NCBI GenBank assembly: GCA_049999805.1
Contig: JBNGIO010005882.1
Coordinates: 1 to 61,156, forward strand
Direction of reading: 5' to 3'
Source: Folioceros fuciformis
Lineage: Eukaryota
DNA: 61,156 nucleotides
Program-made: the position numbers and the translations under genes
In this document: piece by piece, positions 24,774-36,827 of the stretch
How positions within the stretch are numbered: the stretch's first letter is position 1
Layout of the letters: each line of letters begins with the position of its first letter
Notes under the pieces: model-generated
The model's database searches: none
What the model saw: the letters and a program-made list of their open reading frames with translations, nothing else
What the model was told of the DNA's origin: nothing

Positions 24774-27288
24774 CGTGGTTCAAAGGGAGGCACATGGAAG
24801 GCAAGTTTCTGGGCAAGTGCCCAAGGTAGTGAGTGGCTGGTGAAGGTTTTATTGGATTTTTTTAGTTTTGTTTTGATAGGTTAGGTGTGTGGCAATAGGA
24901 CGAGGTAGCGCTCCTTTAGAAAAAGGAGATACCTACGTAGCTAGATGCGTAGATGCTTAGTAGGGAGAGTACCTATGTACGTTTACATACAGGTAGATAC
25001 CTACCTATATAACTTGAAAGATACCTACCTAGGGAAGGTACTTAGAGGGGAAGACCCTATGTAGACTACCCACCTATGAAAGGTGCTCACCTACAAAAAG
25101 GAAGTGGTTGGGAGCCTATTTACGGCAATGGGGGTAAGGAGCCTACCTAAGGCGAATGGAGCAATAGAGAACCTACGTACGGAGGGTACATCCTCATCCT
25201 ATGTAGAGAGGGAGGATCATCGAGAGACAATCCCTCCATCGAAGGGAGGAGTTCTTTCGGTTGAAGGACAAGCGAGTCCCTCCCCTACATACTTAGGAGT
25301 GATATGTATGTGGTGGTGAGGGGAGGCCCCAAGAGATCAACACAAAGGAAGGTTCAGGGAAAGCTCATGGATCTAAGAGAATAGGGATCCAAATAACGGA
25401 GAGGGCACAACAACCAATTGACTCCACCTCCCTTCACGAACAGTCCTAGCCACTCCCTTCTGGAGGAGGGGCCTAAGAATCCCTTATGAAGGCGCCGACG
25501 GTCTGCAACTTTCAGCGGCGCACATTGCCCTAATAGATTATTGGTAGGCCTTAGTATCTTGACAAGCGTGTATATTTAAGTCTATGGTGGCTAGCTTTGA
25601 GAGGATGGTAGCCCACCACCTACATGTAATGGAGGGTTCAAGTGTTGAGCTCTCCTATAAGAAGGGGCTACACAAAGAAATGAACCACCACATTGTGCAC
25701 TCTTCTCATGGCGAGTCCTCATACTCAGTTGAGCATAGGGATTACGTTGCTAGCTGTGTGCCATCACAATGCCTGGTTGTGGCAGAGTTGTAGTGGTCAA
25801 AGTGCTTGGTGAAGGGCTCATATTCTTGTATGGGCACCCCTACAAGTTGCTTCACTTGTGAATGGTTGTTGTGTGAGTTGCTTTGCTGTAGGTGTGTGGT
25901 GATACCTGCGTGATTGTTGGCTTGAGGCTAGACCGTAGGAAAAGACTCCATGGAAGTTCTCACTAACAGGTGCAAACATGAAGCAACCGGCCCAAGGAGA
26001 AACTTGTTGGTTGTTGGACGTATGGAGATCAGCAGTTGGATTGTTGGGTTGAGAAAGGTGTCATAGGGAGCCTTGTGGGGAAAGCAGTATTGAGTGTAGG
26101 GAGAGAAAAATCGGTAGGCGGAGTATTGGGGTCCTAATAAATGAGGGAATGGTGCCCTCCTGCTCATTGGACATGTTGTAGAATTGGTAGGTACATGATT
26201 GGGAGTGTTGATTATCATAGGTAAACGATAGACGTAGTTGGGGTAGCCGACCACTAGGCTCAAGGGAGCGATTCCATGGAAAACCTACAACGACTGTGGG
26301 AGTAATGTGGCCATGATATTTGTGAGCAATGTATGGTGGGGGTACCATACCCACTCGCCCACATGAATCCCCGTCTTCTAATATGTCAAGTTCAGGATGT
26401 TTGGGGTCCTTATTCTACCAACCAAGAGGTCGAATTGCTAGCAAGTTTATTAGAGGATCGATAGGATTTTCTTTCCCATACCGACCAAGACATTTGCATG
26501 CTTGTGACGTAGAAGGTCACTTTCAAGTTAGATCAACAGATGAAAGGGCTAGAAATGCTCCAAGTCCCACTTAGGGTAGATCTTTACAAGAAAGGTAGTC
26601 CCACTTAAGGTATATCTTCACAAGAAAGGTAGTATAGAAGCTCTTCACTTAGCAAGTTCTGATGACTCAAGATATCTTGAGCCATCTTGCTTTACTTGGT
26701 TCTAAAACGAAGTAAAGCAAGAGGTAGGATGGCTAGCAACCAAGACTTCTTTGAACTCCTTTATGGCTTCTTCTATAATTCTAGTGGTTATTCATCTTAG
26801 AAGAAAATTTTGGGCATACTAAACTAGTCCAACCAAGAGGTTGAAGGATTGGGAAATTTTTAAGATACCACTCATAAACAAGGCATATTAATTGCAAAGG
26901 ATGAGCAATGTGTGGAACGCCTATTGAGGAATGGAGAAGTATAAGAGGGGCATGTTAGGAAGCTCTCAGCGCACACTTAGGGACACCAACTAACTTTAGG
27001 CATGCACTTGGGTGCACCAACTAGCTCCTCATGCTCATTTGGGCATGCCAACCAGCTTCACTTGCTTTGAGTATGCACTTGTGTGTGCTAACTAGTTCTT
27101 AGCATGCATTGATGCATTTGTGGGCTCTCCACATGCATTGTTATAGAAACGATGCAAGAGAGTCCTTTTACCGTGTTGCTGGGTTGGCTCCTATGCACAA
27201 CTTTTTTTTCATGGAAGAAAATTTATATTGAGATAGCTCACGCTAGAAGATCAGAACAAAGATAGGGTGTGGCTAAAGCAGGTCACTT

Positions 27289-27317
27289 AACATGTTCTGC
27301 GCCTAACGGTCGTATTC
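27289..27317 (+). repeat. Left TIR AACATGTTCTGCGCCTAACGGTCGTATTC
   Basis: Reverse complement of 34268-34296 with 2 mismatches. Confidence 0.92.
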
Positions 27318-27606
27318 TATGAAGCCCGTTTGGCGCACATTTGAATTTACACCATTCTAGTCACATATCCACACTGTTTTTTTTTTAAACCACCTGTTTT
27401 GACGTGTGGTGGACACCATCCATCTCCACAAATGTGCCAACAACCCACAACCAACTGAGACATAAGTTATTAAGACTATAAAAATTTAGACAAAAAACGA
27501 ATCGTACTTCATGTGCGCCGGTCTACCAGCGCACTCAACAATATGTATGGGTGACAGGAAGTTGGCTATGCGCATGCCATGCATTAAAAAGCTTTAAAAG
27601 TCAAAT

Positions 27607-30478
27607 TTAAATATCATCATAATGTATCACGGACCTCAGCTACTCTCTAAATCTTCTCTACAACAAATCATGAATGTTCTGGTTGGCCTCGGAATCGACA
27701 ACTATATCTACATCTTAGAGGCGCTGGCCCTATGTGTCTCCGAAGTCGTCTCCCTCTACGTCCAGGACAAAGAAATGTGGGTCGTCCACTGTGTAAGGCG
27801 GAAGTGTGCCATTCTCATCCCAAATTGTCATCGCGTACAGATCTTCCGCTGGTCTGTCGTCCGATTGAGAAATTATCTCTCCCTTTTTCCCCAACAAACT
27901 GTACACCTACATACCTCGATCCACGCTACCGTCCGCGCAGACTTCTTTGGCCCAAAACTTCGTGGGCCCGTGCGAGAAGGGGTCAGTGCTGATCTCTTCG
28001 TCAACGTCTGGCAAAGATCCAATGTCATTCACTCTCTACATCATGTAAGTCGTGCATCGTATATCGACGTCCATCGCGACAACATGCCTTCCTCTCTGAA
28101 TTGCAGCCTGAAGGAACGACCCAGATCCTGCACACGCATCCAATACCCAGTCTCCTTCAGCCGAAAACATATTGACTAGCATTCCCATTCACCCTAGAGG
28201 CTTCTGATACGAGGAGACGACCATCGAATCTGCCGAGTGAAACAGATGTTTTTTAACCACAGCTCCATGCCTTATTACTCTCGGCAAAAGAAATCCCTTA
28301 TTAGCAAATAAAGCAACTTTTGTGGTCTGCGCTTCTGAGTGGACTGCACTTCCAACAGTTAGATACTCCACAGTCTCCACTGCCCCTGCATTAGGAGGAA
28401 TGTTGGTCTTCTCCCATACCAATGTCTGTATGGTGCCCTTCTTGCACCATGGCTGAAGTGCTTCCCTCGCCTACGTCATGAGGTCCACCCCATGCATGAG
28501 GACCACTCTATACACATTACTACTTGTGCATTCAGAAAACCCTCTTATCATGTCTTCAAGTTCTTTGCAAGTCAGCTGCCTATCAAAGTCATGGCGGTGT
28601 AGTCCGTGAGGCAAATCAGCGAATAAAAGAGTATACGGTCATTTTACTAGAAATCCATTCATCTCCAGAACGTTTCGCTGTATTACTTGATACTTGGTTT
28701 TTTGGTTGGTGTTGGGGACTCTAAACTCCGACAATCCTGCATCCATGTCAACGTCCTCCATTTTCTGTTTTTCCTCTTCCATGCACTTCTAGTTTCTCAC
28801 TGAATACACGTAATCCTGGAAAGGCTTCGGCAATGATTCGAGATCGTTTATGTCTGCAAGTTTTTGCCAACAAACAGTTTCGTCAGCACAACCACACTAT
28901 GGCCACAATTATACACTCTAGACTACATGAACCCTTAACCATGATGACACAAACTACTCTTCTGACTTGAGTGCGCCGATAGACCGGTGCACTCCCCCCG
29001 AGTCTCCCTCTTTTGGAGTGGACGTGACCAACTTCACTCCAAAAGATGGACAGGACCTGCGATCGTGTTCTTCCTCTTGTGCGGTGAAGAAGATGTCACT
29101 GAAACATTTCAAGATGGTAAACAAGATGTCAGCGTCAGTGGCCTTTCAAGATACCCGTTTCTGCACAGATGAGAACAGTAGGATCAACGGGTGAGCTCTG
29201 GACAGCAACTTGTGTTTCTCTTCCGCATCTTGGACAGAGAGGTGCTTGCAGTCTTCCTCTTCGGTAGCCCGGCGCACCGTCTTCTACTTCTTCCAGGGTG
29301 GGGTTATCTCTATTGGCGAATCTTCTTCACCCTCTTCTTCCTCTCCAGAGCCTCAAGCCGCATCCAGGGCTTCATTTAGGTTGTCCTCCGTGGAAGAGTA
29401 ATGTCCCATCTCTCTGTCCTCCTCACGGCTAAGTTGTTTAGGGTCACGGAGGTCGTCTTCTGAAAGCTCTGGCTGCATGTGCAGCATCTCTACCGGCTTC
29501 TCAATCCTCTCCGTTTGCCTTGATGAGATGGGGCCAAACTCTGCTTGCATGGACACCCACTGGCGCTCTCCTGCAATTCTCGAAGCAAGAGCTCGATTCT
29601 TGAGGACGCAATCGGCAACAAAGCGCAAGACAGTCGGACAGAATTGTTCACCACTTTGCAGGAAACACGTTATGCAAATGTTTAGGGTTATGTAATGCTG
29701 GGTTAATAAACGTAAACAAAGAATCCACAAAACAAATACTAACATCTTCCACATTCATGCAATCTCACAAAGCGGTTTTTAGCCACATCGATTCACAGCG
29801 CTGTGGCACAGCTCTCGCGACATTGACTACAATCAGGCTGTGGCTATCGTAGTCATCGGTGACATGGCTTGGTGGGTGCCGCGTGCATATGAAATTGACA
29901 TGGGTTTCCTCTTCCATGCCATCAACAGATGCACACAGAATCCATCCAGGCCTCCCTGCCTCATTGTCCTGCAACCGTTGGAAACCGTTAACCCATAGAG
30001 CCACCAGTGGCACCCAAGGAAAATTGCAGTCTTCTGGCTCCTCTTCTAAGAGTAAAAACCACTTTTTGTCTGTGTTGAATCTTTTGGCAAGTGTGTCTTC
30101 AAGCTTTTTTAGCTTCAAACGCTCAACAAAGTTGTACGCATTTGGAATGTTGTGGTTTTGACTACCACCCGTGCTGCCACCCTGAGTCACATTCACAAGA
30201 ACATGGTTAATATGAACGTCGCTAGCTTTGTTGTTCGAGGCACGGACGCTCCTGGCTGAATTGTCTTTCCTTAATGTAACAACTGGTGGCTGTGGTGTAA
30301 CATCCCCTATTGTGATCGTTGGTCTTCGATGACTATCTCTTTCAACGATTGGGCCAGAGGCAGTGCGAGCTGAAGCTTTCACTCCCTGTCATGGTTTCTT
30401 CAACCTTGGTGGTGCCTCCAATGCTTGCATGTCAATGGCCGCATTCAGTTGCTTGTTGCTCTGCCGGCCAGCTGCCAT
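27607..30478 (-). pseudogene. Transposon-borne protein with a C-terminal beta-class N4-cytosine/N6-adenine DNA methyltransferase domain (N6_N4_Mtase-like), disrupted by stops
   Basis: One frame from 28740 to 28021 reads KYQVIQRNVLEM...PYTLLFADLPHG (motif IV, DPPY-like)...TLVWEKTN...VEYLTVG...YQKPLG*MGMLVNMFSAEGDWVLDACAGSGSFLQAAIQRGRHVVAMDVD (motifs X, I, II). Motif IV precedes motif I, which is the beta order. The N-terminal part starts at putative ATG 30478, with an apparent intron at ~29655-29765. The stops read are TAG/TGA/TAA. Confidence 0.82.
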
Positions 30479-30835
30479 CTTCGATCGCAGTAGAGAGCCT
30501 GTGAACGATGGAACTTCAAAACACTTGGTCTGATCCAAAAGGACTAAAGAATGGCTTAAGCATTGAACTAAGAGATTTGAAGTCAACTGTGAAGTTGAAT
30601 TTGTGTTTCCTGAAATAGCAAGGGTGTTTGAACAACGTCTCCAGCATTTATGCCACAACAACGATTGTAGACGCCGTTTCGGACCAACAACCGCTATTTG
30701 TTATCGTGATCAAACGTTTATATTCAAGTGTCGGCTTAATTACGCTAGTGTAACCTGTCTTCAATCAAACTCTGAGTGACGTTAGCTTCCATTCTGTAAG
30801 GAAGGTCATTTGCGAGCAATCTTTGCGACATTGGC

Positions 30836-33800
30836 ATGGATTGGCAAGCTTCTTCTTCACGCGACGTGGTGGCGATGACAACAACGGATTTCAACTTTCA
30901 AGGTAGGCGAGGAATTCGGTTCGCGAAGGGCATTCGTGTGTTCTAGTTGGAAGTCTTATGTTCTCTATTTGCGTCATGATGCTTTGTAGTCGATGATTCA
31001 GCAGGTGCCGACATCGACTTACGAGCGTCGCCTATACGCCTTAGTCTTCTCGACGACATCCACACTTCAACAAGCCCATTGCGAACCCAATCGCCTTTTA
31101 GGCCAGCAATCAGGAAAACAACACCTATGAAGGGAAATGCGGACGGCACTATCTTGCACGATAACCTTGATAATCTAGATGTGAAAGGAAATGCGAGTGG
31201 AAGTTGGGTACTAGGAACATCAAGCGGGGAGCGCTTCCATCCCGAAGGCGAAGGAGCGGATGTGTTGTCCGAAGAAGCTGGCAGGACGATGGGCACAACG
31301 GTGCAAAGAACATACAATCTGAAACCATCATCCGAATCTCTGATTGAAGCTCCTAGAGATCATCGACGCAGTCGAAAGAAAAAAAATCTTGACTGTACCT
31401 GAGGCAAAGTGCTCTAAGATCCGTATTTCTGCAGATTGCCGCAGGATATGTTGTGCAAAGCAGTGTCTTAGATCCTTGGGTAAACCAGGCTTTCGGGATT
31501 TGAGGTATCGATTTTTAAGCATGTGCCGGACAGAGCAAGAAATGTTTTTGCAGACCTTATTTGATGTCAATCGTCCTTATGATGGACGCTCTACAGCGAA
31601 GACTTTTTTGATTGGATCTGCCAAGATATGCTGTTGTCGGGACGCCTTCAAACGAGTTTTTTGTATCAGTGTGAATTTTTTGCTACTAGCAGAATGCATG
31701 GCGAACATTGAAGTGTACCATCTTCCAGACTTGTACACAAAAGAGGATTTTTTTTGGGAGTACAAGCAGCAAATGCAATGAGCGGAACAGTACAGTATGT
31801 GTTACTCTTATTTATGTCAATTGTGGGCTTCACATTTCCACAAAGTGCGAATTCCGAAGACCAACAGGTTTTTGCTTTGTACAACTTGCAACTACTTGGA
31901 AAGAAACATCAGAGCCGAGTCTGATAAGAAGAAACAAGGTATGTAAGTGTGTTTTTTTAGGTACGTTTCATGTAGGCATTGGAAGTGCGCCGGTCGACCA
32001 GCGCACTTTCAACCCTCCTTCCGTGATAAGTGCGCCGGTTGACCGACACATTTTATTAGCTGCGTAGATAGTGGGTGTGCGCCGGTAGACCAGCGCACTC
32101 CCTCTGCTTAGCATCACGAAGTCTGTGGGCTGACTGCACATTGGTGGGAGTGCACCGGTAGACCGACGCACTCTCTCTGCCTCCTCTCACGAAGTCAAGG
32201 GTCTGACTGCGCATTGGTGCACCGGTCTACTGGTGCACACCCACCTGGTCGCACCCTTTTTTCTTATTCTGATTTGAAATTCCATGTTTTTTTTTGTAGA
32301 GGGCTTCGAATCTGACTTGAAGGTACATCGAAATAGATTGATAGCAGAGCACGAGAAGAGTATCAAACATCGGGTCAAATGTTATGGCGACCACGGAAAG
32401 TACATTGGGATATCAGTGGATGGAATGGATCAACAAAAGACTCAGCTGCCCCATTTCATTTGAGTACCAAAAGATTTGGTGGATGTTGGCCTCCTTGATG
32501 TGCATGTGGTAGGGTGTATGGTATACAACAAGACTATGAGACCGAAGCTCTTCATCAAGTTCGGCAACATTCAGAACGATGCAAACCTAACAATATCAAT
32601 TATCCAACGCGTGATTCACGAGTACGACGGCCCGCTACATGAAGTTCTATACTTGCAGCTAGACAACACTGCACGCGAGAACAAAAACACGTTGCTTTTT
32701 TCTTATTTGAATATGTTAGTGGAAATGCGGGTTTTCGTGAAGATTTTTAAGTCGGGTTCTTGTTAGTGGCCCACACGCACAACCAGGTTGATCAGATGGT
32801 TTCCAGGTTTTCAACGGCACTTGGTTAGAGGGAAGCTTTGACTTTACCAAAACTTATTGCAGTTATGCAAAACGCGTATACCCCCATGCCAAACGTTCAT
32901 GAGGTGAAAGAGGTGGCGGACTTCAGAAAGTTTGTGTGGCCTGTACCGTACGGGAAAGCAGGATATCAGAGTGTTGCAGCGGTTCATCAGCTGCATAATA
33001 TATCGTTTCAACACCAGTTCAAGATCACGAAAGAGAGCCGCGGAGATCGTGGACTTGTTTCAGTTATGAGAGGCAAAAAATATTCCACCGATCAATATTG
33101 GTTGCCTAATGACGGTATAGAATTTCTTAAATTAGTTCCGGATGGGGTTATAAAAGCCACTCCACTAATGCATTTGCAGGTGAGGAGAAGGAAACAGAAG
33201 ACTATTACTAACGATGTGCCAGGATATAATCTGTCGCAGATTCGATCAAGATTGGAGTGCAAATTACGGCAGCACTTAGGTCTGGGCGAGGACATGTGGT
33301 GGGATTCATTTTGGGCCGAGCAAGAGGCCATTGTTCAAATAATAAATTCGGGTGTGGAGCAAGACCTTGACTGGCCATGGCGATGGTATAATCGCGACAA
33401 GGCAGAGTTGTTGAATACCCCATTACTCGTGCCAGATGCTGTGGTATTGGAAAACCCACGGATACGAGAAGTTCCTAGAAGAAATATGTATGTGGGACCT
33501 TATAGAAGAGACGCACACGTTCGCAATGATGTTGACAGCTTCAGTGGAGATGTATCAAAGATCGAAGCAGGGCACATGATTGCTGTCCCATGCGAGATAA
33601 ACGAAGACAACAGGCCTTTTTGGATCGCCAAAGTGTTAGACACACAGAAGGAAAATGACACTCATAGTATCACAATCCATTGGTGGGTCACGAAATGTTC
33701 AGATGCATTTGAAGGATGATATCAAGAGGAGATGATATTGCCAAATGAAGAACCTCCCATGGGTTAGACTAGACAAGGACGTAAGCGACGGCCAAGCAGA

Positions 33801-33947
33801 AGACTTCGGAAGCATATTGACACAATATCTATTGCGAACACTTTTATCTTAGCGTGTGGATTGGAGTTGACTCGTCAAAAACAGCTGCACGCTCGCACTC
33901 GAAACCTTATTAGAAAGAACTTGTATGTGCTCGTGCCGGTAGACTAG
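30836..33947 (+). pseudogene. Sola1-like DDD transposase, intron-containing, disrupted
   Basis: N-terminal Cys region CCAKQC...CRDAFKRVFCIS and FPQVRIPKTNRFLLCTTC, then an intron at ~31939-32299. Catalytic motifs follow: ISVDGMDQQKTQLPH, LYLQLDNTARENKN and FLLVAHTHNQVDQ. There are a few stops and frameshifts. The start at 30836 is inferred. Confidence 0.85.
31985..32238. repeat. Five copies of a 22-bp imperfect palindrome (consensus GTGCGCCGGT-NN-ACCGGCGCAC) in the transposase intron
   Basis: Copies start at 31985, 32030, 32077, 32150 and 32217. Further copies lie at 27513, 28971 and ~33931. Confidence 0.88.
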
Positions 33948-34267
33948 CGCACTCCTTCCGTTGATGCATAAATGGGCAATATTGAAAAACCCTTACCATT
34001 TTTGAATTTCTAGTATTTCCGATTTCAAAAATTATCATTCCGTCTACATGCAATTGGTAGTGTCAGACCAACCGTGGAACTGGATAGGATCAAGGAATTT
34101 CACTGCTAGCCCGCAATTTTGCCTAGTTTCTGGGTAAACATGATGAATACAAGGTTCGTCGTGACCGCTGTTCTGTAGATTTGGGGGTAATCGACACCAA
34201 ATAGCATGAATCCTAGATATGTGCCACAAAAAATAACGCAGAAAATGACCCGAAGCCCGATTTGGCG

Positions 34268-34296
34268 GAATACGACCGTTAGGCGCACAACTTGTT
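34268..34296 (-). repeat. Right TIR AACAAGTTGTGCGCCTAACGGTCGTATTC (read on the - strand)
   Basis: Matches the left TIR and is followed by the ACTT TSD. Confidence 0.92.
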
Positions 34297-34300
34297 ACTT

Positions 34301-35230
34301 ATTGTTATTGCCTAGTGTGGTCAATAAAACAGAATATGCTAAAATTGGGTATGGATGAGGATTTGGAGACAAACCAACCCACGCCTTAAGTCAAGCAAGG
34401 AGTATAACAAGAGTGCTTTACCCTCTCCATGGGCACAAGTGGTTCCATACCATCTCTCTCCCCGCAGCGAGGAGGCTAGCTTGCCTCCAATTCATGCTCT
34501 TGAACTTGTGTGGGTTGGCCACTTTTGCTTCTTCTACCAATATGAGAATGTGCTCCCAAATTCGCTAAAGCAAAGATTTAACTGTCATTAGATCTCCCCC
34601 CCCCCCCCCTTCACAAGCCACCGTTATCCAGTTGAGCCAAATGCTAGAGAGACTAGAACTCACACCAAGCCCCACTATTGTTGTTGGAAGAGTGGTTTGC
34701 CTATAGTTTCATCAAGGCTAACGAGAGTAGTCTGCTCTGTAATAAGAAAATTAGTCTTCAAGAAGAGGCACAATAGCCACCTTCCCCCCTCCCTCCGTAC
34801 TGCTTGCACGTAATCATACCAAAAGAACAAGTGTTGACTTTTGTTAGGTGTGCTAAGAGGGCACATTCAGCAGAATTCCTCGCCCACCGTTGTTAGCAGC
34901 CCATCCCATTTGTCGGCCATGGACAAACAAGCTTCAAAGAAACTCCAAATCAAAAGTCTGACTTTAGGGGGGATACCAATAGCTAACCACAACTCGCTGC
35001 CGATGCATTATTAAGAGTCTTAGCCTCGAAACCATTGGTTTGCACAAGGGATTCCTCTTCAACCAAACCAACCAATGGTAGATATTTGTTGTCTGGTGAT
35101 TGAAGAAGCGTCGGGTGCAGCCCTGTTGACTACCCAGGCCGGCAGGTCACATGATCAGATCTTGTCACATAGTAAGTTGCCAATTGTCTAACGTCCTAAA
35201 CCACCATTGACGCTTGGGGCAACATGGGGG
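34301..35230 (-). mobile_element. LINE (L1-like) ORF2 3' fragment, decayed
   Basis: The - strand gives VAPSVNGGLG (post-RT PxxxGGLG motif) and CPLSTPNKSQHLFFW (zf-RVT-like). A possible 3' end with AATATAAA and an A8 tail lies left of the Sola element at ~27202-27284. Confidence 0.55.
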
Positions 35231-36285
35231 AGTGAGCCCCCTAGGATGTTCTGCCTCCACTCGCCATCGTCCGGCCCATATGGTGCGATGCAACATTGTA
35301 ATGGATCTCAGAGAAGAGGTCAGCTAGGGCAATGCATGCATACTTACTATCTAACATAATGTAATTTTCTTCCGCAAAAAGGAAAAACAACACTCTATGT
35401 AAACATGGAATACAATGTTCATTATGACATCCATCCATCTTGGAAGGTCACTTGGGGCACTCATCCACCTAAGGAGGTTGGTTGCCGGGAATATCCATCC
35501 ACCGTAGGAGGTCACTTAACCTCGATAAGTTTTGATAAGAGTATGTGTAATTATCATAGCATGATAACACCACATGCAACCTAATTTTCATAGATACTCA
35601 ACTGCAATTACAACACATATAATATATGTATAAATATGATATAATATAATATAATATAGTATATATGTGCATGACAAGAGATTATTACAAGGTTGGAGAG
35701 TATTTTATTTAAAAAGAGATAACAAATCCCATAAAAGAACCAGTCTTTCATATTGAACTCCATTTATATGTAGTTTGTTAAACATAAATCTTTGGAAAGG
35801 AAAAAAGTTTTTTTTAATGATCTATCACGGACACTCCTTAACTGTAGAGTTCTTATGGGATCTTAAGTACTATAGCATGAACTCACCATGCATAGCTAGT
35901 CATTCATGCTCTCTCATAAACCACATGGAAACGTAATTCGCCCCCTAATTGGGACTTACCAGAGTAATGGAAATGGTGTTCTTCCTCTTGTCTATGTGGT
36001 GGTTTTTTTTTGACAAAGCATATCGATTGGTATGTAAAGAGCAATAGCCAACACAGTTTTTAGAATAGCAACAAGCAGCTTCTTTTGGCACCGGTGGTAG
36101 TTAGGCCTTGTGTTATTTCACAACATGATATTTTGCAAGCAGTAAGTAGTTTTCAAGAAAGATGTTCAAAGGGCTAGCACCCCTTGTGGCCTTGGGCCTT
36201 GTTGGAGTTGTTCTCCAGTCTTTGGAACAGATGGGAGTTTCAATAATAATCTCTTTTTCAATAATAAGGATAAAAAAAATTGGAA

Positions 36286-36385
36286 NNNNNNNNNNNNNNN
36301 NNNNNNNNNNNNNNNNNNNNNNNNNNNNNNNNNNNNNNNNNNNNNNNNNNNNNNNNNNNNNNNNNNNNNNNNNNNNNNNNNNNNN
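36286..36385. other. Assembly gap (100 N)
   Basis: Run of N. Confidence 1.
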
Positions 36386-36827
36386 TGAAGTTGGTGTTTG
36401 AATTGGTTATATATATATATACATATTTTAGGGTAAAATTAGAGGTAAAATCTATGTTTTCAAAAAAATATCAATTATTATATAGAAAAAAAAATCTCAT
36501 TGAGGCCTTTTCCAAAGAAAGTAGTACGAAAGAAAGGTATGTTAAAAAAGCAATTTTATTTATAAGATTTCCAACTATGGCATATTAGTTTTAGATACTT
36601 AGCTCCACCTAAGTCAAGATGTAGTCAGGTTTGCAATTGCACATAAACACAATAATTTATGACAACCAATTTATTAATAAGTCCTTACATAAGAATTAAT
36701 GTAAGCTATCGCGTATAAATAAATTGAACCAAGAATTACTGAATCTATTTACATCGACTTAATCTTACATCTGAAGTTCAAACATGACAATCTTAAACCA
36801 AAAAACTCATAAATTGATGAAAGTCTA

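Larger units (their letters stand above)
27289..34296. mobile_element. Sola1-like DNA transposon (7008 bp) carrying a transposase and a DNA amino-methyltransferase gene
   Basis: 29-bp TIRs (27/29 identical) and a 4-bp direct TSD ACTT at 27285-27288 and 34297-34300. It contains two divergent internal genes. Confidence 0.88.

Noticed and set aside
24800-27200. Possible old LTR-element remnants with short tandem duplications
   Set aside because: No protein motif, PBS or paired ends could be identified confidently.
27622-28179. 185-aa + strand ORF
   Set aside because: Antisense shadow of the methyltransferase gene, with no recognisable motifs.
31985-32238. Palindrome-spacer pattern as a mini-CRISPR
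   Set aside because: Spacer lengths are irregular, two spacers resemble each other (tandem duplication), and copies are dispersed through the transposon.
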